A stretch of DNA of 64,000 nt from positions 256,001 through 320,000 of the forward strand of contig OZ242383.1 of NCBI GenBank assembly GCA_965209155.1, in the 5' to 3' direction. The DNA is from a bacterium. Lineage in GTDB: Bacteria > SAR324 > NAC60-12. The translations under genes were made by a program, and so were the position numbers. The notes under the pieces are model-generated. The model did no database searches. It saw nothing but the letters and a program-made list of their open reading frames with translations, and had not been told where the DNA came from. Shown here in pieces: positions 10,637 through 19,424 of the stretch; within the stretch, counting starts at the first letter, position 1; each line of letters opens with the position of its first letter.

Positions 10637-12404
10637 TTCTGATCTCCTCGATCGGAATTGTGATGTGAATGTGAAAACCCTGGTTCAAGCGGGTCGAAAT
10701 ATTCATTTGTCCTTTGAAAGAATCAATTCTTTGCTGCATATAAAACAACCCAAACCTTCCGTTTTTCGGAGAGACCAGCATTTCAGGATCACTTTCAGAC
10801 CCTGTCCCGTTATCCCGAATGGACAAAATCAATTCTTTTTCATCGAAGCCCAAATCGAGCTCAATTTCAGTCGCACTTGAATGCTTGGAAATATTAGTCA
10901 AAGCTTCCCGAATGATCTGGTACAATGCCAACTTCACATTGGAGGCCATTGACAAACCATCTTCAACCCGACTGATTACTTGGATACCCGTATTTGCGCT
11001 AAAAACTTCGAAATAGTTTTCCAGGGCTGAATTCAAGCCGATATTGTCAATCACATCCGGGTGCAGTACTGAAATTACTTTTCGGGATTGCTGAATCGCT
11101 TCCTGGACTTTGGTATTTAACCATTTCACTTCATTATGGAACGATTGCGGGTCTTGGTACATCAGGTCGCATGCCTGCAGCCGATAGTGAATGGTGGTGA
11201 GGGTCTGTGTCAGGGTATCGTGAATCTCCTCAGCAATTCTTTTTCGTTCCTGCGCGCTTGTTTCAAGGATGTTCATGGTGAGAAGTTTCAGGTGCTCATT
11301 TTGTTCCTGGATTGTCTGATCCCTCTTGCCGATCAATCTGAATAAATAGATGATTGGGATTAACAAAATGATGCTCATCCCATAAACAACGCCCAGAATT
11401 CTTACCATTTGGAATGTATTTGAACGCGCTATTTCCTGGGTGTAGAGTGAATTTATGACTGCAACAATCCCCGAGTCTGAATAAACGGGAACCGTCCCCA
11501 GAAAAAAGTTGTCCTCTGCTATTTCAATTTCATCGAACAATAACGTCTCATTTTCAATACTCCAGTTTTCGTTTTTTTCGGGGAACTTGGAGAAATCGAA
11601 TTGAGGATAATTGTTGAGTGTCCCAAAAGACTCTCCGGATTTCATAGACACATTCATTTGTGTCCCCGACAGCATTGCCGTTCTTTGAATAAATTCCGGT
11701 TCAATAAAACTGATCGCTTTTAGGATGCCAACCTGCTCTCTTACAGTGATCCACTCGTTATCCTGTTTTTGTAGTGTCGTACCAAACATCGGCATTAGCG
11801 ATACCAACGCCAGTTGTTGGCCCTCTTCATCAAATCGTATGATTTCCTTGTCTGATATCGGGTTTTCGTAATGGGTTGCAAAACCGGTCAAGGTCGTTTG
11901 TTCAATAAAGAGGCTCTTTGTCGGAGGTTTTGCCGATTCACCCCTCGCAACAATATAGTGTTTGCGAGAGTGCTGGTAAGCCCCGATGTCGATGACATTA
12001 TCGTAAAAGTGATAAAACGCCACCAGCCGCCCCTCATTGTTGTACAAGGTAACTTTGTTAATGTTTTTATTCGTTAAACCGATAAGCACCAACTGATTGA
12101 GCATTTCATAATAAAATGATTCCAGAACGGAAGATTCTGCCCAGAATTGTTTATCATTAATGAGCTGAAACCTCAGGGTAATGGCCTCGGTATTTGCCAA
12201 TTGACGGGAATAATCGATTAAGTCACGTTTTTTTTTATCAATAAGATCAGAAAAAACGAAAAACGAGTTTTTAATGATTTTGTAGGATGCGGCTCTATTT
12301 TGTGAATTCGTCGTGTAGGAGACAACAGCAATAATAAACGTCATCACTAATATCACCGCGAGGGATACTGTTGGCATCATTGTCTTTTGAAGGTCGATCT
12401 TCAT
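10620..12404 (-). CDS. Membrane sensor histidine kinase (HisKA_3 type)
   Basis: Two TM segments around a large periplasmic domain; ERKRIAEEIHD, EALTNISKHS, DNGTG, FGL motifs. Confidence 0.93.
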   Translation of the reverse strand: MKIDLQKTMMPTVSLAVILVMTFIIAVVSYTTNSQNRAASYKIIKNSFFVFSDLIDKKKRDLIDYSRQLANTEAITLRFQLINDKQFWAESSVLESFYYEMLNQLVLIGLTNKNINKVTLYNNEGRLVAFYHFYDNVIDIGAYQHSRKHYIVARGESAKPPTKSLFIEQTTLTGFATHYENPISDKEIIRFDEEGQQLALVSLMPMFGTTLQKQDNEWITVREQVGILKAISFIEPEFIQRTAMLSGTQMNVSMKSGESFGTLNNYPQFDFSKFPEKNENWSIENETLLFDEIEIAEDNFFLGTVPVYSDSGIVAVINSLYTQEIARSNTFQMVRILGVVYGMSIILLIPIIYLFRLIGKRDQTIQEQNEHLKLLTMNILETSAQERKRIAEEIHDTLTQTLTTIHYRLQACDLMYQDPQSFHNEVKWLNTKVQEAIQQSRKVISVLHPDVIDNIGLNSALENYFEVFSANTGIQVISRVEDGLSMASNVKLALYQIIREALTNISKHSSATEIELDLGFDEKELILSIRDNGTGSESDPEMLVSPKNGRFGLFYMQQRIDSFKGQMNISTRLNQGFHIHITIPIEEIRNGSSS

Positions 12405-12460
12405 GCGACTCAGATGAATGACTGTTTGTGTGGAAATGATAATTGATTATTTCAAAGAAA

Positions 12461-12551
12461 TACCCAGGTTCGGGTGGAAAGTATATCCCTCATTTGAGGT
12501 AAAAGATTTCCCTACCGCAAATGGGGTATTTAAACTACCTCATTTTTGCAA
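12461..12551. promoter_or_regulatory. Four NarL-like 7-2-7 sites in the divergent intergenic region
   Basis: TACCCAG-gt-TCGGGTG (12461), TCCCTCA-tt-TGAGGTA (12486), TACCGCA-aa-TGGGGTA (12513), TACCTCA-tt-TTTGCAA (12536). Confidence 0.55.
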
Positions 12552-12775
12552 AAAATACTGTGATTGAGCGATTGAAAGCTCCTTCATCAATGGGTAGTAT
12601 CGGCCCTGCAATGAGCCAAAAAGCTCATTGCATCAGAAGAACGATCGCTTTCTGATGTTTCTAGCGCCCGCCTCCGCGTACGGCCTTTGCTAAAGGGGCC
12701 GTACGCGGAAGCGGGAAAAGGTTGTCGGTCAAAGAATAAATAGATGCTGAATATAGTCTGGTCTGAGGAGATCTG

Positions 12776-13657
12776 ATGGAATTTGCTGTAAAAATGATTT
12801 TTGAGGTTCTTTCCTACGCATCCATTATGGTCATCATCGTATTGGGCCTGGCGGTCGTTATCAGCATGATGGATATCATCAATATCGCGCATGCTGAATT
12901 CGTCACGTTGGGCGCATATTGGGTTTATCTAATGGAACTTTGGCAGTTTCCCATCTGGCTGGCGATGATGACCGCTCCTTTGATTGTCGCTTTGCTGGGC
13001 ATCATTGTGGAGAAAACGATATTCCGCAGGCTATATGATAATGTGATAACCGGCATATTGGCATCCTATGCCCTTGCTATCGTTTTACGCGAAGGCGTAC
13101 GGGCTCTATTGCAAGGCAAGGAATACTATGTGGCTGTTTCTTACGGCGGTTCTATTGAGGTTTTTGGCGTTGAGTTTTCCTTATGGCGGATGGCGATTAT
13201 TATCATAACCGTAATTGTTATAATATTTTGTTATCTGCTGCTGACAAGAACCTCAGTGGGACTCAAAGTGCGGGGGGCTCTCGACAATCCGTCATTGGCA
13301 CGGACTTCGGGAATCTCCACCACTCGTCTCTATTCGTTAACCTTTGCTTTCGGGGCCAGCCTGGCGGGGCTGGCCGGAGCAATGATCGTACCTTTGTACG
13401 GGATATCGGCCGATCTAGGCGTGAGATTCTTAATTCAAGCCTTTTATTCGGCCCTGTTGGGAGGCATCGGAGGGTTTATCGAACCAGTTTTAGGGGCTGT
13501 CGTAGTGGGTTCCTCACTCTCCGGCTCCCAATGGCTGAGGAACATTTCCGGCCTTGATCAATTCACGTCTCCAGTTTCCATCGAAGTAATGGTTTTTATC
13601 GTGATTTTGATTGTTGTAAAACTTCGTCCGGATGGCATCTTTACCTCTAAACAGTGA
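12776..13657 (+). CDS. Branched-chain amino acid / urea-type ABC permease (LivH/UrtB-like)
   Basis: IINIAHAEF motif, hydrophobic, RPDGIF C-terminus. Confidence 0.9.
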   Translation: MEFAVKMIFEVLSYASIMVIIVLGLAVVISMMDIINIAHAEFVTLGAYWVYLMELWQFPIWLAMMTAPLIVALLGIIVEKTIFRRLYDNVITGILASYALAIVLREGVRALLQGKEYYVAVSYGGSIEVFGVEFSLWRMAIIIITVIVIIFCYLLLTRTSVGLKVRGALDNPSLARTSGISTTRLYSLTFAFGASLAGLAGAMIVPLYGISADLGVRFLIQAFYSALLGGIGGFIEPVLGAVVVGSSLSGSQWLRNISGLDQFTSPVSIEVMVFIVILIVVKLRPDGIFTSKQ

Positions 13658-13690
13658 GGAAATCTATCATCCATCATACATAATGCATAT

Positions 13691-13824
13691 AAAGAGAGGA
13701 ATTTGATTATGGATAAAGAACGCAAAAAAACGAACATGGATAAAAAATCTGCTAAAACAAAAGAGAGGAATTTGATTATGGATAAAGAACGCAAAAAAAC
13801 GAACATGGATAAAAAATCTGCTAA
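13691..13824 (+). repeat. 65-bp direct repeat with 69-bp period covering the RBS and start of the binding-protein gene
   Basis: 13691-13755 equals 13760-13824. Confidence 0.9.
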
Positions 13825-15016
13825 TGGCATCACACGCCGCCGTTTTTTAGGAAACAGTGCTTTACTGTCAGCCGCATGGGCGGGTACTTTGGCCACCGGA
13901 TGGGTACTCCGTCCCCAATGGGCCAACGCTGCCGCAGGTCCGATTAAGATCGGGCTCCTTATGCCGACGTCAGGTAGTAATGCTCCGGACGGCAAAAGTT
14001 GCGTGCAAATGGCCGAGGCCTGGGCAAAAATGAAAAACGGCCAAGGTGGAATTCTTGGCCGACCCATTGAGTTTCATGTAGAGGACTACGGTTCAGAACC
14101 CGCCAAAGCACCAGCAGCCGCACGCAGATTGGCACAACAAAAGAATGTTGATATGATCTGCGGAACAATATTCAGTTCAACTCGGAACGCTGCCAAACAC
14201 CAAATCACTGTCCGTGATAAAAAACTGTTTATGTATCCCACACTTTATGAAGGAGGAGAGTGCACCCCAAATGTTTTTTGCACCGGCCCTGTACCCAATC
14301 AACAATTTCCCCCTGCAGGAGATTATATTGTAAAACAGGGTAAAAAACGAGCGGCGCTAGTCGGCAGTGACTATATTTACCCCCGAAATGTAAATAAAGC
14401 TGCTCGAAGAGAGTTGGAAAAGCGTAACATAGAAATTGTGTTTGAAGAGTATTATCCAATGGACCAGACGGATTTCTCCGCATCCGCTGCAAAAATCCAC
14501 TCTGAAAAAATAGATTGTCTCGTCAATGCGGTTATCGGGGGATTATTGCCTTTCAGTAAGCAGGTCTTTGAAACGGGTTTTTATAAGAATGGAGGCCTTG
14601 TATTTCACCCTGCCTTTAGTGATTCTTCATTTGATTATGTCCCTTCAAAATTCTTTCCCAATGTGTTAGGTGCTCAACCTAGTTTTTGGGATGTGAAATC
14701 GCCTGAAAATGAATTCATCCGGAATGCATACTACGACATAGACCCGAAGATGAAAGTAGAACCGGGGACAATTGCAAATGCTACGTGGCGAGCCCTTCAG
14801 CTTTATGAGCAGGCAATTATCAAAACCAACGGTGATTTGAGAACCGATGCTATTGCAGAGGCTTTACCGGGGAGCAGAACTGAATTGAATGCAGGGGGAC
14901 CGGCTGAAATGATAAAGAACCATTGCAAGATGAATATGTATTTGGCTGAAAACCAGGGCGGGAAAATGAAAGTGATTGCGAAAGATGAAATGGTAGATCC
15001 TCGGGAGTGTATTTAA
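13709..15016 (+). CDS. Tat-exported amide/urea ABC substrate-binding protein (AmiC/UrtA-like)
   Basis: TRRRFLG twin-arginine signal; YPTLYEGGEC, GPVPNQQ and GSDYIYPR motifs; start ambiguous because of the duplication. Confidence 0.88.
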   Translation: MDKERKKTNMDKKSAKTKERNLIMDKERKKTNMDKKSANGITRRRFLGNSALLSAAWAGTLATGWVLRPQWANAAAGPIKIGLLMPTSGSNAPDGKSCVQMAEAWAKMKNGQGGILGRPIEFHVEDYGSEPAKAPAAARRLAQQKNVDMICGTIFSSTRNAAKHQITVRDKKLFMYPTLYEGGECTPNVFCTGPVPNQQFPPAGDYIVKQGKKRAALVGSDYIYPRNVNKAARRELEKRNIEIVFEEYYPMDQTDFSASAAKIHSEKIDCLVNAVIGGLLPFSKQVFETGFYKNGGLVFHPAFSDSSFDYVPSKFFPNVLGAQPSFWDVKSPENEFIRNAYYDIDPKMKVEPGTIANATWRALQLYEQAIIKTNGDLRTDAIAEALPGSRTELNAGGPAEMIKNHCKMNMYLAENQGGKMKVIAKDEMVDPRECI

Positions 15017-15017
15017 A

Positions 15018-16049
15018 TTGAAAACCGTTCCTCGTTATCATATTACTCCGATTCTTGAAGGTGTGGTGCTGGCTATGTTGCTTATCACACCCTTATTAGC
15101 CAGCAGGTTCATGACCATCAGTCTCACCCCGATTCTGATCCTGGCCATGCTGGCCATCAGTTTTGATCTGTGCTGGGGCTATACCGGGATTCTATCTTTC
15201 GGCCAAGGCTTCTTCTTTGGGATCGGTGGTTACACAGTGGCACTGCTGATCAATAAGGCCCAGTTCCTCAACTTTTATGCCCTTTCTGCGGCTGCTATAC
15301 TGTCGGGGATTATAATTGCCGGTCTGTTTGGCGTTTTTTTATTTTTCGGCAGTCAAAGGCAGCAGGTAATCTTCATCGCTCTCAGTACCCTGGCGCTGTC
15401 ATATCTTGGAGAACGCCTGTTTAACGGCTGGTTTTGGGTCGGAGCTGCCAACGGCCAGAACATATGGGAAGTCGTTCACGTTATGGGGGTTGAACTCAAT
15501 CCCGGTATTTCCTTTTATTATTTCATCCTGTTTTTATTGGCTGTGATCTATCTTCTATGTCGCTTTGTGGTGAAATCACAGCTTGGCCTGGTTCTCTCCG
15601 GAGTACGTCAAAATGAGGAACGGTTGGATTTTCTTGGATATCGGATTCAAGTACCCAAGTTTTTAATCTTTGTTTTTGCCGCAGCGATCGCCGCTTTTGC
15701 CGGGGGGTTATACTCCCTGCACGAGGCCTTTGTGGGACCGGCTTCCATAGGCTGGATCTTTTCCACTTTTGCGGCCCTGTACTGCATTTTCGGGGGGAGC
15801 GGAACCCTGATCGGACCCATCATCGGCACCCTGGCCATTGAGTTAGCGAGGTTATACTTGACCGATATTGAGGAGATGCGGGCCTACTGGCAGATCGTAT
15901 TGGGGCTTCTCATGATTGGTGTTATCTTATTCCGACCGACAGGTATTGTTGGATTTATTGTCTCTGAAAAAGAACGCATCGGTTATTTCGGATACAAGGT
16001 AAGCAAGTGGCGTTTCAGAAAAAACCGGGCGCAAGAAGCCGGCATGTAG
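15018..16049 (+). CDS. ABC permease (LivM/UrtC-like)
   Basis: DLCWGYTGILSFGQ and RQNEERLDFLGY motifs. Confidence 0.9.
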   Translation: MKTVPRYHITPILEGVVLAMLLITPLLASRFMTISLTPILILAMLAISFDLCWGYTGILSFGQGFFFGIGGYTVALLINKAQFLNFYALSAAAILSGIIIAGLFGVFLFFGSQRQQVIFIALSTLALSYLGERLFNGWFWVGAANGQNIWEVVHVMGVELNPGISFYYFILFLLAVIYLLCRFVVKSQLGLVLSGVRQNEERLDFLGYRIQVPKFLIFVFAAAIAAFAGGLYSLHEAFVGPASIGWIFSTFAALYCIFGGSGTLIGPIIGTLAIELARLYLTDIEEMRAYWQIVLGLLMIGVILFRPTGIVGFIVSEKERIGYFGYKVSKWRFRKNRAQEAGM

Positions 16050-16060
16050 GGGCCAAAGAT

Positions 16061-16858
16061 ATGACCCTTCTTGAAGCCAACGGCGTCTATAAATATTTTG
16101 GTTCGCTTTGCGCCTTACGTGATGTCAGTTTGGAGGTTGAACCCAACAGGATATTCGGCTTGATCGGACCAAACGGTTCCGGGAAAACAACGCTGATGAA
16201 AGTCATTTCTGGAGCCCACTATCCGGATAAAGGCACTGTTCGATTCAACGGCACAGACATTACTCGGTTGAGTCCGCACCAGCGAAGTCGTCTGGGTGTC
16301 AGCATCAAATTCCAGATCACTGCCGTATTTGAAGAATTGTGTGTTTATGACAATTTACTGATAGCCAAACAGGCCAACCAGTCTTCCTGGAAGCTGCTGT
16401 GGTCCAAAAGCAAGCGACTGTTGTATGATGAGATTTTAAACGTGTTGGAACAATTCCACCTGCGTGAACGTGCCTATGACCGCGTCAGCGATCTCAGTCA
16501 TGGCGAACAACAATGGCTGGAGATCTCCATGGCGACCCATGATCTGGTCGAAAACCTCAAATTCAGCCAGCAGCAGTGGCTGGAGATGTCCATGGCCACC
16601 GCTCTGAAGCCGCGATTGCTGCTTCTTGACGAACCCACGGCTGGGATGAGTCGAGAGGAACGCAAAACCACCGGGGAGATTCTGCAACTTGTAAAACAAA
16701 GCTGTGCCATTGTTATCGTGGAGCATGATCTCGATTTTATCAAAGATATCTGTGATCAGATCACTGTTCTGAATAACGGAGAAGTCCTGGATGAGGGAAC
16801 CCCCGCTCAGATCGAATCATCGGAAAAAGTAATCGAGGTCTATGCCAGCCGTGTCTGA
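16061..16858 (+). CDS. ABC ATP-binding protein (LivG/UrtD-like) with a 21-aa internal duplication
   Basis: GPNGSGKT, LSHGEQQWLE, LLLLDEPTAGM, VEHD. Confidence 0.92.
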   Translation: MTLLEANGVYKYFGSLCALRDVSLEVEPNRIFGLIGPNGSGKTTLMKVISGAHYPDKGTVRFNGTDITRLSPHQRSRLGVSIKFQITAVFEELCVYDNLLIAKQANQSSWKLLWSKSKRLLYDEILNVLEQFHLRERAYDRVSDLSHGEQQWLEISMATHDLVENLKFSQQQWLEMSMATALKPRLLLLDEPTAGMSREERKTTGEILQLVKQSCAIVIVEHDLDFIKDICDQITVLNNGEVLDEGTPAQIESSEKVIEVYASRV

Positions 16859-17558
16859 AGATAAAAAAGTTTTGGAAATCAAAAAGTTAAATTCGGGATA
16901 CGGTCGTTCCCAGGTATTGTTCGATGTATCGATGACGGTTCCGGAAAAAGGCGGAGTCGCAATATTTGGCCGCAATGGCGTCGGCAAAACAACCTTGTTA
17001 AAATCCATCATAGGGGATGAAATTACCCAAACCGGTGGTTCCATTGAAATCGATGGAGAGGATATTAGCACTCACAATCACGAAAGGCGAGTCGCCAAAG
17101 GGATCGGCTATGTTCCCCAGGATCTTTCCATATTCTCGACGCTGACGGTTAAGGAAAACCTGATTTTGGGGACGCCCTCTAAAAAACCGAAAAGCGACAT
17201 CAGTTATGCCCTGGACATGTTCCCCAAGTTGAAAGATCGTATCAACCAAAAAGCCGGTACACTTTCCGGAGGTGAACGTAAGATGCTGACTATCGGCCGG
17301 GCCTTGCTGGGACAACCGCGCTTGCTGTTGCTGGATGAACCCTCGGAAGGCGTGTGGGTCGGTGTGGTTTCTGAGATTGGAGACCACTTATGCGATTTGG
17401 CCCGGCAGATGACAATTGTGATTGTTGAACAAAACATCGATCTGGGTTTGCGTGTGGCTAATAAGGCCTGTGTCATGCTCCGCGGGGAAATTGTTTTAAG
17501 CGGTTCCGCCAAGGAAATTCAAAAAGACAATCGACTGAAGCAGTATCTGGCCCCCTGA
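16842..17558 (+). CDS. ABC ATP-binding protein (LivF/UrtE-like)
   Basis: GRNGVGKT, LSGGE, LLLDEPSEG, VEQN. Confidence 0.92.
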   Translation: MPAVSEDKKVLEIKKLNSGYGRSQVLFDVSMTVPEKGGVAIFGRNGVGKTTLLKSIIGDEITQTGGSIEIDGEDISTHNHERRVAKGIGYVPQDLSIFSTLTVKENLILGTPSKKPKSDISYALDMFPKLKDRINQKAGTLSGGERKMLTIGRALLGQPRLLLLDEPSEGVWVGVVSEIGDHLCDLARQMTIVIVEQNIDLGLRVANKACVMLRGEIVLSGSAKEIQKDNRLKQYLAP

Positions 17559-17569
17559 CAACCAGGGGC

Positions 17570-17768
17570 ATCTTTTCAAAGGGCGACCGAGATGCTCGCA
17601 AATACCTCCCCCTTTGATATCACTCACCACCCGGCAATGGCCCTTCCGTGTGGGATGTCAGAGGGTCTCCCAGTGAGTTTGCAGCTCATTGGAAAGCATT
17701 TTGACGAATCCACCATTTACCGTGCCGCCCATGGGTTTCAGGAAGGAACGGATTGGAAGAAAATGTAA
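17570..17768 (+). pseudogene. 3' remnant of an amidase paralog
   Basis: Aligns by eye with 32755-32953 (PFDITHHPAM...GTDWKKM*). Confidence 0.88.
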
Positions 17769-17811
17769 TTCAAAAAGCCTTACTATCGACTCCCCAAATA
17801 GAGGTACTTCA

Positions 17812-19413
17812 ATGACTTATGATCCTCGCATACCGGCACGTGAAATTTGTGTTCTTGGTTATCAAATCGAACACTGGGCGCTCAAGAAACCCGATGCAAT
17901 CGCAATCATGTTCTATGGTGGTGAGACATGGACCTGGCGTCAAACTTTAGAATTGACACAACGCACAGCCAAGGGGCTTCAAGCAATGGGTGTCAAAAAA
18001 GGCGATCATGTACTCTCCTGGCAACCGAACAATCGGGAAGCGGTCCTCACTTGGTTTGGTCTCAATTATTTAGGAGCGGTCTATGTGCCCGTGAACACCG
18101 CTTATAAAGGCACACTTCTGCAACATGTGGTGCAATTATCCGATGCCACATTGATGGTTTGTCATGCCGATCTTGCCCCGCGTCTAAATGACATCGACAC
18201 AGGCTTGCTACGGGATGTCATCATCACCCATGGGGAAACCTCCTTACCAAACCTGACCCCTCATCCAGCATCCGCTCTCATCTCCGATCAGGGCCTCTCG
18301 GAGATGCCGGAAGTGGTCGAGCCCTGGGACACACAGTATATTATCTTCACTTCAGGCACCACTGGTCCCTCCAAAGCGGTGCTTTCTTCTTATCTTCAAG
18401 GCTATTCCATGGGGCCGGATTCTAGCGTTTTTATTGAAGAAAGCGATCGGATTTTGACCAACCTGCCTATGTTCCATGTCGGCGGGACGCTCCAATTCAT
18501 CACCACACTTGCCAATGGAGGTTCTTGTTTTTTAGACACTCATTTCAAGACTAATGAATTTTGGCAGACCGTTCGCGAGAATGAAACCACTGCGACCAGC
18601 CTGGTGGGTGCAATGATCCCGTTCCTTCTGAAATTACCACCAGGCCCTCATGACAATGATCTTTTTTTGAAGAAAGCCGTCTGCCTTCCCTGGAATGAGG
18701 ATGCCATGGCAGTAGGGCGTCGCTATGGCATCGACATGTACACCGTTTTCAACATGACGGAAATATCCTCGCCCATTGTTTCAGAACCCTATCCGCCGGG
18801 AAGCGGTACTTGCGGGAAAGTCCGTGAAGGTGTGGAAGCTCGTGTTGTTGATGAAAACGATTGCGAGGTCGGCCTTGGGGTCACCGGTGAGCTTATCTTA
18901 CGAACCGATCGTCCGTGGGCGATGAACCATGGTTATTACAAGAATCCGGAAGCAACCGCTAAAGCCTGGCGTAACGGTTGGTTCCACACAGGGGACGCTT
19001 TCAAATATGACGAGAATGGGTATTTTTACTTTGTTGATCGCATCAAAGACGCTATTCGTCGCCGTGGTGAGAATATTTCTTCTTTTGAAGTGGAAAGCGA
19101 GGTCACCGCTTTCGCCACAGTGCGTGAAGCGGCGGCGATTCCCGTCCCCAGTGAGCTTAGCGAGGACGAAGTGATGGTTGTGGTGGCTCCGGTGTCGGAT
19201 CAGCAGATCGAACCCAAGGAACTCTTCCATTTTCTCCAACCGCGTATGGCTCACTTCATGCTGCCCAGATTTATTCGGATTGTCGACGAATTGCCCAAAA
19301 CCCCCACCCAGAAAGTACAAAAAAATCTTCTCAAAGAGACAGGAATCACTCCCGATACTTGGGATCGGGAGGCTGTAGGAATCAAAGTAAAGCGAGAAAA
19401 GATCGGTGTGTAG
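17812..19413 (+). CDS. AMP-binding acyl-CoA ligase (CaiC-like)
   Basis: FTSGTTGPSK, WFHTGD, RRRGENISSFEVE; gagg RBS before the ATG at 17812. Confidence 0.92.
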   Translation: MTYDPRIPAREICVLGYQIEHWALKKPDAIAIMFYGGETWTWRQTLELTQRTAKGLQAMGVKKGDHVLSWQPNNREAVLTWFGLNYLGAVYVPVNTAYKGTLLQHVVQLSDATLMVCHADLAPRLNDIDTGLLRDVIITHGETSLPNLTPHPASALISDQGLSEMPEVVEPWDTQYIIFTSGTTGPSKAVLSSYLQGYSMGPDSSVFIEESDRILTNLPMFHVGGTLQFITTLANGGSCFLDTHFKTNEFWQTVRENETTATSLVGAMIPFLLKLPPGPHDNDLFLKKAVCLPWNEDAMAVGRRYGIDMYTVFNMTEISSPIVSEPYPPGSGTCGKVREGVEARVVDENDCEVGLGVTGELILRTDRPWAMNHGYYKNPEATAKAWRNGWFHTGDAFKYDENGYFYFVDRIKDAIRRRGENISSFEVESEVTAFATVREAAAIPVPSELSEDEVMVVVAPVSDQQIEPKELFHFLQPRMAHFMLPRFIRIVDELPKTPTQKVQKNLLKETGITPDTWDREAVGIKVKREKIGV

Positions 19414-19424
19414 TAAGGAGTTCC

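Noticed and set aside
12585..12660. ANTAR two-hairpin motif or known riboswitch
   Set aside because: Two caatg loops are present, but the closing pairs and a downstream U-tract terminator are not convincing, and no ANTAR protein is in the window
17570..17768. Diversity-generating retroelement template/variable pair (amidase or ligase 3' copies)
   Set aside because: Differences are not adenine-specific, many are synonymous, and no reverse transcriptase is present
17689..17811. N-terminal extension of the CoA ligase in the ORF track
   Set aside because: It is an off-frame reading of the amidase remnant; the RBS supports the ATG at 17812
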